From positions 1-46,210 of the forward strand of contig JAHIME010000023.1 in assembly GCA_018896595.1 (NCBI GenBank): a stretch of 46,210 nt of DNA, given 5' to 3'. Shown here one piece after another: positions 1 through 8,298 of the stretch (position 1 is the first letter of the stretch; every line of letters begins with the position of its first letter). Below the pieces are notes generated by a model, which saw only the letters and a program-made list of their open reading frames with translations, did not search any database and had not been told where the DNA came from. This stretch comes from Patescibacteria group bacterium. Lineage in GTDB: Bacteria > Patescibacteriota > Patescibacteriia > Patescibacteriales > VMTK01. The translations under genes were made by a program, and so were the position numbers.

Positions 1-2
1 AA

Positions 3-500
3 GCGATTATGACAACCGTCCATTCCTATACCGCGGATCAGAACATTGTTGACGGTCCGCATAAGGATTTGCGCCGGGCGCGGGCCGCGGCCGTAAATAT
101 CGTGCCGACAACGACAGGAGCCGCAATTGCCGCCACCAAAACAATACCTCAGTTAAAAGACAGATTTGACGGCATGGCAATCCGCGTTCCCACTCCGGTC
201 GGCTCTTTATGCGATATAGTTTTTATTTCCGGCAAGAAAACGGATGAAAAAGCGGTGAACAAAGCTTTCAAGCAGGCGGCCAAAAGCGCGCGCTTCAAAG
301 GAATACTGGAAGCGACCGAAGAGCTGATTGTTTCCACCGATATTATCGGCAATCCGGCCAGCGCCATTGTGGATTTGTCCTTGACGAAAGTAATTGACGG
401 GGATTTGGTGAAAGTTATCGCGTGGTATGATAATGAGTGGGGGTATTCTAATAGATTGATGGATTTGTGCGAATATATTGAGAAAAAGAAATTGATATAA
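3..500 (+). CDS. gap: glyceraldehyde-3-phosphate dehydrogenase, C-terminal part (5-prime end lies outside the window)
   Basis: ORF open to the window edge. The C-terminal signature WYDNEWGYSNRLMDL is typical of GAPDH. Confidence 0.9.
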   Translation, partial: AIMTTVHSYTADQNIVDGPHKDLRRARAAAVNIVPTTTGAAIAATKTIPQLKDRFDGMAIRVPTPVGSLCDIVFISGKKTDEKAVNKAFKQAAKSARFKGILEATEELIVSTDIIGNPASAIVDLSLTKVIDGDLVKVIAWYDNEWGYSNRLMDLCEYIEKKKLI

Positions 501-503
501 TGT

Positions 504-1637
504 ATGGATATTTTTCAAAAAATCAAAGCAGCCAATCTTGTCGGCCGGGGCGGGGCCTGTTTTCCGACTGCGACAAAGTGGGAGATGGTTAAAAACGCGG
601 CCGGGGAGAAAAAATATATAGTGTGCAACGCGTCTGAAGGCGAGCCCGGAGTTAAAAAGGACGGCTATATTTTAGAGCATTTTCCGGAAAAAGTGATTGA
701 CGGCATGAAAATCGCCGTTGATTTTTTGTCTTTAGGCAATAAAGGCAAAAAAACAGTTGATGTTAAAGGTTATGTTTATATAAATCCCGAGTATTATAAA
801 AAATATGGAAAGAAGCTGGAAGATATAATAAGGAAGATCCCCCCATCCCCCCTTGCGAAGGGGGGCAATCCCCCCATCCCCCCTTGCGAAGGGGGGCAAA
901 TCATTGAAGTTTTCAAGAAGCCGGAAAGCGCCGGCTATATCGGCGGCGAGGAAACATCGGCGCTTAACGCGATAGAAGGCAAGCGGATTGAGCCGCGCTT
1001 AAGGCCGCCTTTTCCAACCACCAACGGCTTATGGAATTGCCCCACAATTATTAATAATGTGGAAACATTATATAATGTAAGCTTGGTTGCGAGCGGCGAA
1101 TATAAAAAGAACAGGTTTTATACCATTAACGGCGATTGTTTGTGGACTGGCGTTTACGAGTTTTCGGAAGATTGGACCATTGAAAAAATATTAAAAGAAA
1201 CCAACAATTATCCGAACTTTGATTTTTTCACGCAGATCGGCGGCGACGGCTCGGGAGAAATTTTAAACAGCAAACAGCTGAATATTCAGGCAACAGGCGC
1301 CGGCTCAATCACGGTATTCAGCGTTTTAAAGCACAAGCCCTTGGATTTAATCAAAAAGTGGCTTGATTTTTTTATCAGCGAGTCCTGCGGCCAGTGCACT
1401 CCTTGCCGCGAAGGAATTTACCGCCTGCTGGAAATTATAAAATCGCCAAAACCGGATTGGCAGCTGTTCGGAGAGCTATTAAACAATTTAAGCGAAACCG
1501 CTTTTTGCGGCCTTGGCTGCGTCGTGCCAGTGCCGATAAAATCGTATTTTGAAAATGTTTTGGCAAATATGCCAGAGAATGAGATAAATTTGCCGAAAGG
1601 GAATAAGAAAATAATTTGCGAGTGTTTTAAACAATAG
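504..1637 (+). CDS. NuoF/HydB-like NADH-binding flavoprotein subunit (hydrogenase-associated diaphorase)
   Basis: FMN/NADH motif GYIGGEETSALNAIEG and 4Fe-4S motif ESCGQCTPCREG. Sits directly upstream of hydA with a 3-nt gap. Confidence 0.8.
   Translation: MDIFQKIKAANLVGRGGACFPTATKWEMVKNAAGEKKYIVCNASEGEPGVKKDGYILEHFPEKVIDGMKIAVDFLSLGNKGKKTVDVKGYVYINPEYYKKYGKKLEDIIRKIPPSPLAKGGNPPIPPCEGGQIIEVFKKPESAGYIGGEETSALNAIEGKRIEPRLRPPFPTTNGLWNCPTIINNVETLYNVSLVASGEYKKNRFYTINGDCLWTGVYEFSEDWTIEKILKETNNYPNFDFFTQIGGDGSGEILNSKQLNIQATGAGSITVFSVLKHKPLDLIKKWLDFFISESCGQCTPCREGIYRLLEIIKSPKPDWQLFGELLNNLSETAFCGLGCVVPVPIKSYFENVLANMPENEINLPKGNKKIICECFKQ
838..902. repeat. tandem pair of C-run/TTGCGAA/G-run hairpin elements inserted in frame (ATC-flanked)
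   Basis: The 31-nt unit tccccccatccccccttgcgaaggggggcaa occurs twice (838-868, 869-899). ATC is found at 837-839, 868-870 and 900-902. The two units are read in two different frames, giving PPSPLAKGGN and PPIPPCEGGQ. Confidence 0.8.
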
Positions 1638-1640
1638 CAT

Positions 1641-3548
1641 ATGAAAAGAAATATGTCCGCCCAAGGCGGATCCGCCTTGGGCGGAAAAAATATCAAAATA
1701 AAAATAAACGGACAAGAAATAATTTGTTCGCCTGATAAGAATATTTACAAGGCTGCCAAAGAAAACGGGATTTTCATTCCCGGGCTTTGCGGCCACCCCG
1801 ATTTTCCGGCAAAGGGCAATTGCCGCGTTTGCGTCGTGGAAATAAAAGGAAGAAAAAATTTGGCTACATCATGCTCCACGAAAGTTGAAGCCGGCATGGA
1901 GATTGTTACGGACAGCGAGCGGGTGAAAAAAGCGCGCAATTTGAATATTGAATTGATTTTTGCCGAACATATTGAAAAATGCCCGACTTGCATTTGGAGG
2001 TTTAATTGTCCTTTATTGAATTTTGCCGACAGATACAAGATTGAAATTACCCGTTTTCCGGACAGAAAAGGCAAAAGGGATATTTATAAATTCGCCAACG
2101 CGGTGGAAATTGACGGCACCCAGTGCATTGACTGCCGCAACTGCCTTGATTCCTGCTCAATGCTGCAAAAAATTAATTATCTTGAATTAAAAGGGAAGGG
2201 GCATAACCAGGAAATCGTCCCCGTAAGCGATAAAAAGGTTGATTGCATTTATTGCGGCCAGTGCGCCGTCCATTGTCCGGTCGGCGCGGCGCAGGAGCAG
2301 ACGCATTGGGATATGGCGGAGAAAGCGATAGAGGACGCGAAAGAGAAACCCGGAATTTTTTCAAAAATATTATCCGCCGCTCCATCGCACAACCAAGGCA
2401 AATCAGCGCCGGCGGATAGGGCCGGCCATAAAAGTAAAATTATTATCGCCCAATTTGCTCCTTCAATCCGCGTAAGCATCGGGGAAGAGTTCGGCCTGCC
2501 TCACGGCAAGATTGTTACAGGGCAAGTCATCGCCGCTTTGAAAAAATTAGGCTTTGATTATGTTTTTGACGTTAATTTCGGCGCTGACACGACTACTATG
2601 GTGGAAGCGGAGGAACTGTTAGACAGATTAAAGAAAGTGGGAAGCGGAAATAATGGTTTAAGTAAATTTAAATCTCTAAACCCTAATCCCCAAGCCCTAA
2701 TCCCTAATTTGCCGATGATGACATCTTGCTGCCCGGCGTGGGTTAAATACGTTGAATTTTATCATCCGGAATTGATTCCCAATTTGACAACTTCCAGGTC
2801 CCCCCAGATCCATAGCGGGGCAATATTTAAAACGTATTGGGCGCAAAAAATGAACATAAACCCCAAAAATATCATTGTGGTTTCAGTAATGCCCTGCACG
2901 GCTAAAAAGTTTGAGGCGTCAAGAAAAGAACTGAAAGTTGACGGGCAATGGCCGGTTGATTACGTTATTACCACGAGGGAGTTCGCATGGATGATAAAGA
3001 AAAATAATATTGATTTCGCCAAATTAAAGTCCGCGCCTGCCGACGATTTATTGGGCGAGTATAGCGGCGCGGCCGCGATTTACGGAGCGAGCGGGGGAGT
3101 TATGGAATCCGCTTTGCGCACAGTCCAGTTTATGGCCTGCAAAGGCAAGCGCCAAGGAAGCTTGTGCGATGCGAGAATTGATTACAAAGATGTTCGCGGG
3201 ATTGCCGGCATTAAAGAAGCGGCCGTGGATGTGGCAGGCAAAAAATTAAGAGTGGCAGTGGTTAACGGCATCGGCAACATTGAGCCGGTTTTAAAAAAAT
3301 TAAACGATTATGATTACATTGAAGTTATGGCTTGTCCGGGCGGCTGTATCGGCGGCGGCGGCCAGCCGATTCCGACCACGCCGGAGATTAGGCAAAAGAG
3401 AATGGATGCTTTGTATAAATTGGATAAAAGCATGAAAATAAGAAAAGCGCATGAGAATAAGGGGGTGTTGGAAGCGTTAAAATGGCTGAAAGGCCAAGGC
3501 AAGCTGGAGCATCAGGTTTTGCATACGGGGTATAAAAAGAGAAATTGA
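1641..3548 (+). CDS. hydA: [FeFe]-hydrogenase catalytic subunit with N-terminal 2Fe-2S and ferredoxin-like 4Fe-4S domains
   Basis: H-cluster motifs TSCCPAW, MPCTAKKFE and ACPGGCIGGGGQP. N-terminal cysteine motifs CGHP..CRVC, CIDCRNCLDSC and CIYCGQCAVHCP. Confidence 0.9.
   Translation: MKRNMSAQGGSALGGKNIKIKINGQEIICSPDKNIYKAAKENGIFIPGLCGHPDFPAKGNCRVCVVEIKGRKNLATSCSTKVEAGMEIVTDSERVKKARNLNIELIFAEHIEKCPTCIWRFNCPLLNFADRYKIEITRFPDRKGKRDIYKFANAVEIDGTQCIDCRNCLDSCSMLQKINYLELKGKGHNQEIVPVSDKKVDCIYCGQCAVHCPVGAAQEQTHWDMAEKAIEDAKEKPGIFSKILSAAPSHNQGKSAPADRAGHKSKIIIAQFAPSIRVSIGEEFGLPHGKIVTGQVIAALKKLGFDYVFDVNFGADTTTMVEAEELLDRLKKVGSGNNGLSKFKSLNPNPQALIPNLPMMTSCCPAWVKYVEFYHPELIPNLTTSRSPQIHSGAIFKTYWAQKMNINPKNIIVVSVMPCTAKKFEASRKELKVDGQWPVDYVITTREFAWMIKKNNIDFAKLKSAPADDLLGEYSGAAAIYGASGGVMESALRTVQFMACKGKRQGSLCDARIDYKDVRGIAGIKEAAVDVAGKKLRVAVVNGIGNIEPVLKKLNDYDYIEVMACPGGCIGGGGQPIPTTPEIRQKRMDALYKLDKSMKIRKAHENKGVLEALKWLKGQGKLEHQVLHTGYKKRN
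1655..1693. repeat. miniature double-hairpin element plus 6-nt duplication, inserted in frame at the hydA start
   Basis: Perfect 30-nt palindrome tccgcccaaggcgga/tccgccttgggcgga at 1656-1685, flanked by AAATAT at 1649-1654 and 1688-1693. Deleting 1655-1693 (39 nt) restores MKRNIKIKINGQ. Confidence 0.75.
2664..2711. repeat. heptanucleotide tandem repeats (TAATCCC-type) inside hydA
   Basis: The units taaaccc, taatccc, caagccc, taatccc and taatttg are read through as SLNPNPQALIPNL, just upstream of the conserved TSCCPAW motif. Confidence 0.6.
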
Positions 3549-3577
3549 TATAACAAAATAAAAATTTATAACTCAAG

Positions 3578-4945
3578 ATGTCAATTATTAATGAAGGCAA
3601 AATTCAAGAGTTGATGATATTGCAAACCAGCCGTTCGGAAGTCAGGGAAATTTTGCAAAAAGGCGAGGAAATGAGAGGATTGGATTTAGATGATTGCGCT
3701 AAACTGCTTTCCATTCAGGATTCCGAATTATTGGAAATGCTTTTTGCAAGCGCAAAAAAAGTAAAAATAGCTATTTATGGCCCGCGCATAGTTTTATTCG
3801 CTCCTTTGTATTGCAGTAATTTTTGCGTTAATAATTGCGAATACTGCGCTTTTCATGTTCGCAATCAAGCGCCCCGTAAAAAATTAACATTAGATGAAGT
3901 AAAAGAACAAGCGGAAATATTAGAAGCAATGGGGCATAAACGTTTGCTTTTAGAATTTGGCGAACACCCGATTGAGAACCCTATTGATTATGTGGTGGAT
4001 GTGATTAAAACAATCTATGCTACCAAAAAAGGACAAGGCGAAATCAGGCGCGTAAATGTTAATATTGCCGCTACTACGGTGGAAAATTACAGGCGATTAA
4101 AAGAAGCTGGCATCGGTACATATCAGCTTTTTCAGGAGACCTATCATAAGCCAACTTATAAAAAGATGCATCATGGACCAAAAGCTGATTATGAGAGGCA
4201 AATTACAGCATTACTTAAAGCTTTTGAAGCAGGAATTGATGATTTAGGCATTGGGGTTTTGTTTGGTTTATATGATTTTCGCTTTGAAGTTTTATCCTTG
4301 GTTCAATACGCTCAATTTATGGATAAAATTTTGGGCGTCGGGCCTCATACTATTTCTGTTCCGCGTTTTCAGTCAGCTCATACGGTTAACATTGATTTAA
4401 AATATCAAGTTAGCGATCAAGACTTTTTAAAACTCATTGCTATTTTACGTTTAGCCGTTCCTTACACCGGTATGATTATTTCCACGCGCGAAAAACCGGA
4501 AATTCGGCGCCAAGCCTTTGCCGTTGGCATCTCTCAAGCCAGTGCGGCTTCTAAAACCCAGCCGGGTGGCTACTCGCAAAATGGAAAGCAAACGGCGGAA
4601 GGGCAGTTTAACCTTAATGATCACCGCAGTTTAGATGAAGTGGTAGAGGATATTTGTTCACTTGGCTATCTGCCGAGTTTTTGCACCAGTTGTTATCGCA
4701 CCGGCCGCACCGGCGATTATTTTATGAAATTAGCCAAATCAGGCAAGATTCATAAATTATGCCAACCCAATGCTTTACTTACTTTTAAAGAGTATTTATT
4801 GGATTACGCATCAGCGAAAACAAAAAAAATCGGCGAACAAACGATTATGAATCAGCTTAACTTAATTAAAGTTGAGCCAGCCAAGAAAAGATTGGCGGAA
4901 TATTTAAAAAGAATCGAGCAAGGAGAAAGAGATTTATATTTTTAG
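3578..4945 (+). CDS. hydG: [FeFe]-hydrogenase maturase HydG (radical SAM)
   Basis: Radical SAM motif CVNNCEYC, plus the C-terminal CX2CX22C motif (CTSCYRTGRTGDYFMKLAKSGKIHKLC). Confidence 0.9.
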   Translation: MSIINEGKIQELMILQTSRSEVREILQKGEEMRGLDLDDCAKLLSIQDSELLEMLFASAKKVKIAIYGPRIVLFAPLYCSNFCVNNCEYCAFHVRNQAPRKKLTLDEVKEQAEILEAMGHKRLLLEFGEHPIENPIDYVVDVIKTIYATKKGQGEIRRVNVNIAATTVENYRRLKEAGIGTYQLFQETYHKPTYKKMHHGPKADYERQITALLKAFEAGIDDLGIGVLFGLYDFRFEVLSLVQYAQFMDKILGVGPHTISVPRFQSAHTVNIDLKYQVSDQDFLKLIAILRLAVPYTGMIISTREKPEIRRQAFAVGISQASAASKTQPGGYSQNGKQTAEGQFNLNDHRSLDEVVEDICSLGYLPSFCTSCYRTGRTGDYFMKLAKSGKIHKLCQPNALLTFKEYLLDYASAKTKKIGEQTIMNQLNLIKVEPAKKRLAEYLKRIEQGERDLYF

Positions 4946-4946
4946 T

Positions 4947-6020
4947 ATGCTTAAAAAAATACGAAAATTTGACCGTAAAACTTTACTTAAATATTTACGC
5001 GCAACGGGCAAGCGGCAAGCGGAATTATTTGAGCTGGCGCGCCAAATAAAAGAAGAAGTTTTCGGCCAGCGAATTTGGTTTCGCGGCATTATTGAATTTT
5101 CCAATATCTGCCGCAATGATTGTTATTACTGCGGCATCAGGAGAAGCAATGCAAAGCAAATGCGCTTTCAAATGAGTTTAAAAGAAATTGATGATTGCTT
5201 AAAATTTATTAAGAGCGCGGATTACGGCTCGGTAGTTTTCCAGAGCGGCGAATTAACTACTAGAACATTTAAAAATCAGCTTTTAGAGATAGTTAAGCTG
5301 ACGCATAAAAAATATCCGAACTTAGGCATTACTGTTTCCTGCGGCGAGCAGGATTTCGCTTATTTAAAAAAGCTTAAAGCTGCCGGCGCTAGCCGTTATT
5401 TGCTAAGAATAGAAACATCTAGCCGGAAGTTATATAAAAAATTGCATCCGCGGGAAATGTCCTGGCGGAAAAGATTTGAGTGCTTAAAAAATTTGCAAAA
5501 ATTAAGTTATCAAGTTGGCACAGGTGTGATGGTTGGGCTGCCAGGACAAACAATAGAAGATTTAATAAGTGATTTAAAATTTTTTGTTGATAATAAATTT
5601 GACATGTTTGGCATAGGGCCTTATGTTATTCACAAAGATACTCCCTTGGGACGCGATCCAAAAATTCAAAAATGGTGGCAAAAAAATAAAGAGAAAAATT
5701 TTAGTATTTTTTTAAATTTTTTAGCGATTTTGCGTGTTTTACTGCCAAATGTAAACATTGCGGCTGCTACGGCCTGCGATGTCTTTGATCCGCTTGGACG
5801 GATAAAAGTTTTGCGGATTGCCGGCAATGTAATAATGCCGTCAGTTACGCCAAAAGATTATCGCGATAAATATTTGCTTTATGAGAATAAGCCCAATATT
5901 GATGAAGGCGCTGATAAAAGCTTTGAGCATATTTCAAATAAAATTATTCAAGCCGGGCTAAAGCCGATTTTTGGCGAGCAGGGGAATTCCCCATTTTATT
6001 ATCAAAGAATTTATGGCTAA
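4947..6020 (+). CDS. hydE: [FeFe]-hydrogenase maturase HydE (radical SAM)
   Basis: Radical SAM motif CRNDCYYC, about 357 aa, located between hydG and hydF. Confidence 0.85.
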   Translation: MLKKIRKFDRKTLLKYLRATGKRQAELFELARQIKEEVFGQRIWFRGIIEFSNICRNDCYYCGIRRSNAKQMRFQMSLKEIDDCLKFIKSADYGSVVFQSGELTTRTFKNQLLEIVKLTHKKYPNLGITVSCGEQDFAYLKKLKAAGASRYLLRIETSSRKLYKKLHPREMSWRKRFECLKNLQKLSYQVGTGVMVGLPGQTIEDLISDLKFFVDNKFDMFGIGPYVIHKDTPLGRDPKIQKWWQKNKEKNFSIFLNFLAILRVLLPNVNIAAATACDVFDPLGRIKVLRIAGNVIMPSVTPKDYRDKYLLYENKPNIDEGADKSFEHISNKIIQAGLKPIFGEQGNSPFYYQRIYG

Positions 6021-7296
6021 ACAAAAAGAATATTCTATTATCTCTTTTGTCGGTCGAGTAAATGTTGGCAAGTCTTCTCTTTTAAATCTATTAAGCGGGC
6101 AAAAGGATTTTGCCATTGTGGATGACCAGCCAGGCACAACAGCCGATACGGTGGCAGCGCTAATGGAAATTCATGGCTTGGGGCCAGTAAAAATTTTAGA
6201 TACGGCTGGCATAGATGAATATTCTAAACTGGGAGAGAAAAAAAGAAAAAAGACTTATGAAGCAATAGAAGAGGCCGACTTAACTTTAATAGTTATTGAT
6301 TTATTAAGAAATGTAAATAATAGAGATTTTGCTATTGAAAAAGAAATTGCTAAAAGAGCTTTTAGGTACAATAAGCAAGTATTAGTTATTTACAATATTT
6401 TTTCAGCCACGGAGTCTTTAAAAAAAATCAAAGAGCTTGAGCATTTAACAAATCAAGAATTAGGCTTAAAATTGCCAAGCTTATGTCTTAATGCTTCAAA
6501 TAAAAAAGAACAGAAAAAAATCGTTGAATTTATTAGCGTCTGCTTGAAAAAAGAAAGTCGGGACATTGATTTAATTCCTTTGTCTGAAGGAAAAGGGTAT
6601 GTACTTTTAAATATTCCCATGGATGAAGAAACTCCGACCTTAAGGCTTTTGCGTCCGCAGGACATGGCCGTAGAAAGGCTTTTGCGTAAATATCTAATCC
6701 CCGTGCTTTTCAGGATGAATTTAAAAAAAGCGCGGGCTAATGATAAAACTGAAAAGAAGCGGTTTTTAGCCCTGCTTAAACATTTGTATAATTCTCCGGA
6801 AGAGTTAAAATTGATTATTACTGACAGCCAAGCAATGGATATTTTGGATCAATGGACGCCTGAAAATATTTCTTTAACTACTTTTTCTGTGATGATGACG
6901 AATTATATGAGTTGCGGCAACTTAGATTTATTTGTTAAAGGGTTAGAGGCATTTTCGGTTTTGCGAAACGGTGATAAAATTTTAATTATGGAAAGCTGCA
7001 ACCATAATCGCAAATGCGATGATATTGGAACTCGGCAAATCCCCAACTTGATTAAAGAAAAACTGGGGTTAGAGTTGAAAATATCTTTTTCCTTTGGACG
7101 AGTTATGCCTGAAGATTTAAGCCAATACAAATTGGCTATTCACTGCGGAGGATGTATGATTGACCGTCAAAAATATAGCCGGCGGATTTTTAAATTTAAA
7201 GAAGCTAAAGTACCAATAACTAATTATGGACTCTTTTTATCTTGGATACATAATCCCAAAGCAGTAGAGAGGGTTTGTAAAGTTTTTAAAATTTAA
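6013..7296 (+). CDS. hydF: [FeFe]-hydrogenase maturation GTPase HydF
   Basis: P-loop GRVNVGKSSLLN and C-terminal cluster motifs CNH and HCGGC. The ATG at 6013 overlaps the hydE stop (ATGGCTAA). The track start at 5971 lies inside hydE. Confidence 0.85.
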   Translation: MAKQKEYSIISFVGRVNVGKSSLLNLLSGQKDFAIVDDQPGTTADTVAALMEIHGLGPVKILDTAGIDEYSKLGEKKRKKTYEAIEEADLTLIVIDLLRNVNNRDFAIEKEIAKRAFRYNKQVLVIYNIFSATESLKKIKELEHLTNQELGLKLPSLCLNASNKKEQKKIVEFISVCLKKESRDIDLIPLSEGKGYVLLNIPMDEETPTLRLLRPQDMAVERLLRKYLIPVLFRMNLKKARANDKTEKKRFLALLKHLYNSPEELKLIITDSQAMDILDQWTPENISLTTFSVMMTNYMSCGNLDLFVKGLEAFSVLRNGDKILIMESCNHNRKCDDIGTRQIPNLIKEKLGLELKISFSFGRVMPEDLSQYKLAIHCGGCMIDRQKYSRRIFKFKEAKVPITNYGLFLSWIHNPKAVERVCKVFKI

Positions 7297-7308
7297 AAAA
7301 GAATATTT

Positions 7309-7575
7309 ATGTTAAACAAAAAACAACTCGCGGCAATTACGATTTTAGTTAAAGACAGGCAGAAGCATTCCAACGAAGTTCAGCGGATTTTGACCGATAG
7401 CGGCCATTTGATTATGGCGCGCCTGGGAGTGAATCTGCAAAGAGCGTGCGTGGAAAACTGCGCCGGCTTGATTGTTATCGCGGTTGAAGGAACGAAAAAA
7501 GAAATAAACGATTTAACGAAAAAGCTTAATAAGCTTTACGGCATTGTCGCGAAAGCCAATATAATGACTGATTAA
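7309..7575 (+). CDS. small ACT/NikR-C-like protein of the TM1266 type (putative iron-only hydrogenase system regulator)
   Basis: 88 aa, located directly after hydF. The sequence style (ITILVKDR...GLIVIAVEG) recalls the TM1266 family. Recognised from memory only. Confidence 0.55.
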   Translation: MLNKKQLAAITILVKDRQKHSNEVQRILTDSGHLIMARLGVNLQRACVENCAGLIVIAVEGTKKEINDLTKKLNKLYGIVAKANIMTD

Positions 7576-7584
7576 TTTTTTTTT

Positions 7585-7661
7585 ACCGACTTTTAAGTCG
7601 GGTTTTGGATGCTTTAGCATCCCATGAGGCTAAAGCCTCGCGAACCCGAGCTAAAGCTCGG
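7585..7661. repeat. four tandem short hairpins spaced about 20 nt apart
   Basis: CCGACTT-tt-AAGTCGG (7586-7601), GGATGC-ttta-GCATCC (7607-7622), GAGGC-taaa-GCCTC (7627-7640), CCGAGC-taaa-GCTCGG (7646-7661). Confidence 0.75.
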
Positions 7662-7674
7662 TAGAATAATAAAT

Positions 7675-8211
7675 ATGCTTTTAAAAGAAAAAATCATTGA
7701 GCAAGTCAATGTTCGCGCTTTAATTCAATTTTTGGGATTGGCCGGCATCGCGACATTTTTGCCTTTTGTCGTCCATGTCCAATGGCTCACAGGCCCGATT
7801 GTCAACGCCATTTTAATTTTGGCGTTATTTTTGGCCGGCATCAGAAGCGCGTTGACGGTTTGCCTTGTTCCCAGCTTAATGGCTTTGTCCGGCGGACTCT
7901 TGCCGGCGGTTTTGGCTCCGGTCGTGCCGTTTATTATGATTGGCAACGTGATTTTGGTATTGTCCATAGACTATGCTACTCAACGCCAAACAACGCCAAT
8001 TTACGCCAAACAGTATTGGGTTGGCTTGGTAATCGGGGCCGGATTGAAGTTTTTGTTTTTGTTTTTGAGCGCCAATGTAATCGCCAAATTGCTGATTAAG
8101 CAGGAGCTGGCAATGAAAGTGGCGCAAATGATGAGCTGGCCGCAGTTCGCGACGGCTGTTATCGGAGGAATGATTGCCTGGGTAATATTGAAGCGGTTGG
8201 GGCGTGTTTAA
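7675..8211 (+). CDS. integral membrane protein (about 5 TM helices), function unknown
   Basis: Hydrophobic ORF. The ATG at 7675 was chosen because the track start at 7624 lies inside the hairpin array. Confidence 0.6.
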   Translation: MLLKEKIIEQVNVRALIQFLGLAGIATFLPFVVHVQWLTGPIVNAILILALFLAGIRSALTVCLVPSLMALSGGLLPAVLAPVVPFIMIGNVILVLSIDYATQRQTTPIYAKQYWVGLVIGAGLKFLFLFLSANVIAKLLIKQELAMKVAQMMSWPQFATAVIGGMIAWVILKRLGRV

Positions 8212-8239
8212 CTAAATTAATCTATCGTTAAAATAAAGG

Positions 8240-8265
8240 CGGCATATTTTTTTATGCCGTTTTTT
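8240..8265 (+). terminator. rho-independent terminator
   Basis: CGGCAT-N8-ATGCCG followed by TTTTTT. Confidence 0.7.
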
Positions 8266-8298
8266 GACTTTAATTAGCAAGTATTGTATAGTTTTAAT

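Noticed and set aside
3546-3548. Alternative genetic code (UGA recoding, as in some CPR lineages)
   Set aside because: TGA cleanly terminates hydA (3546-3548) and the KTSC gene (16298-16300) at the expected protein ends. No conserved gene needs read-through of TGA.
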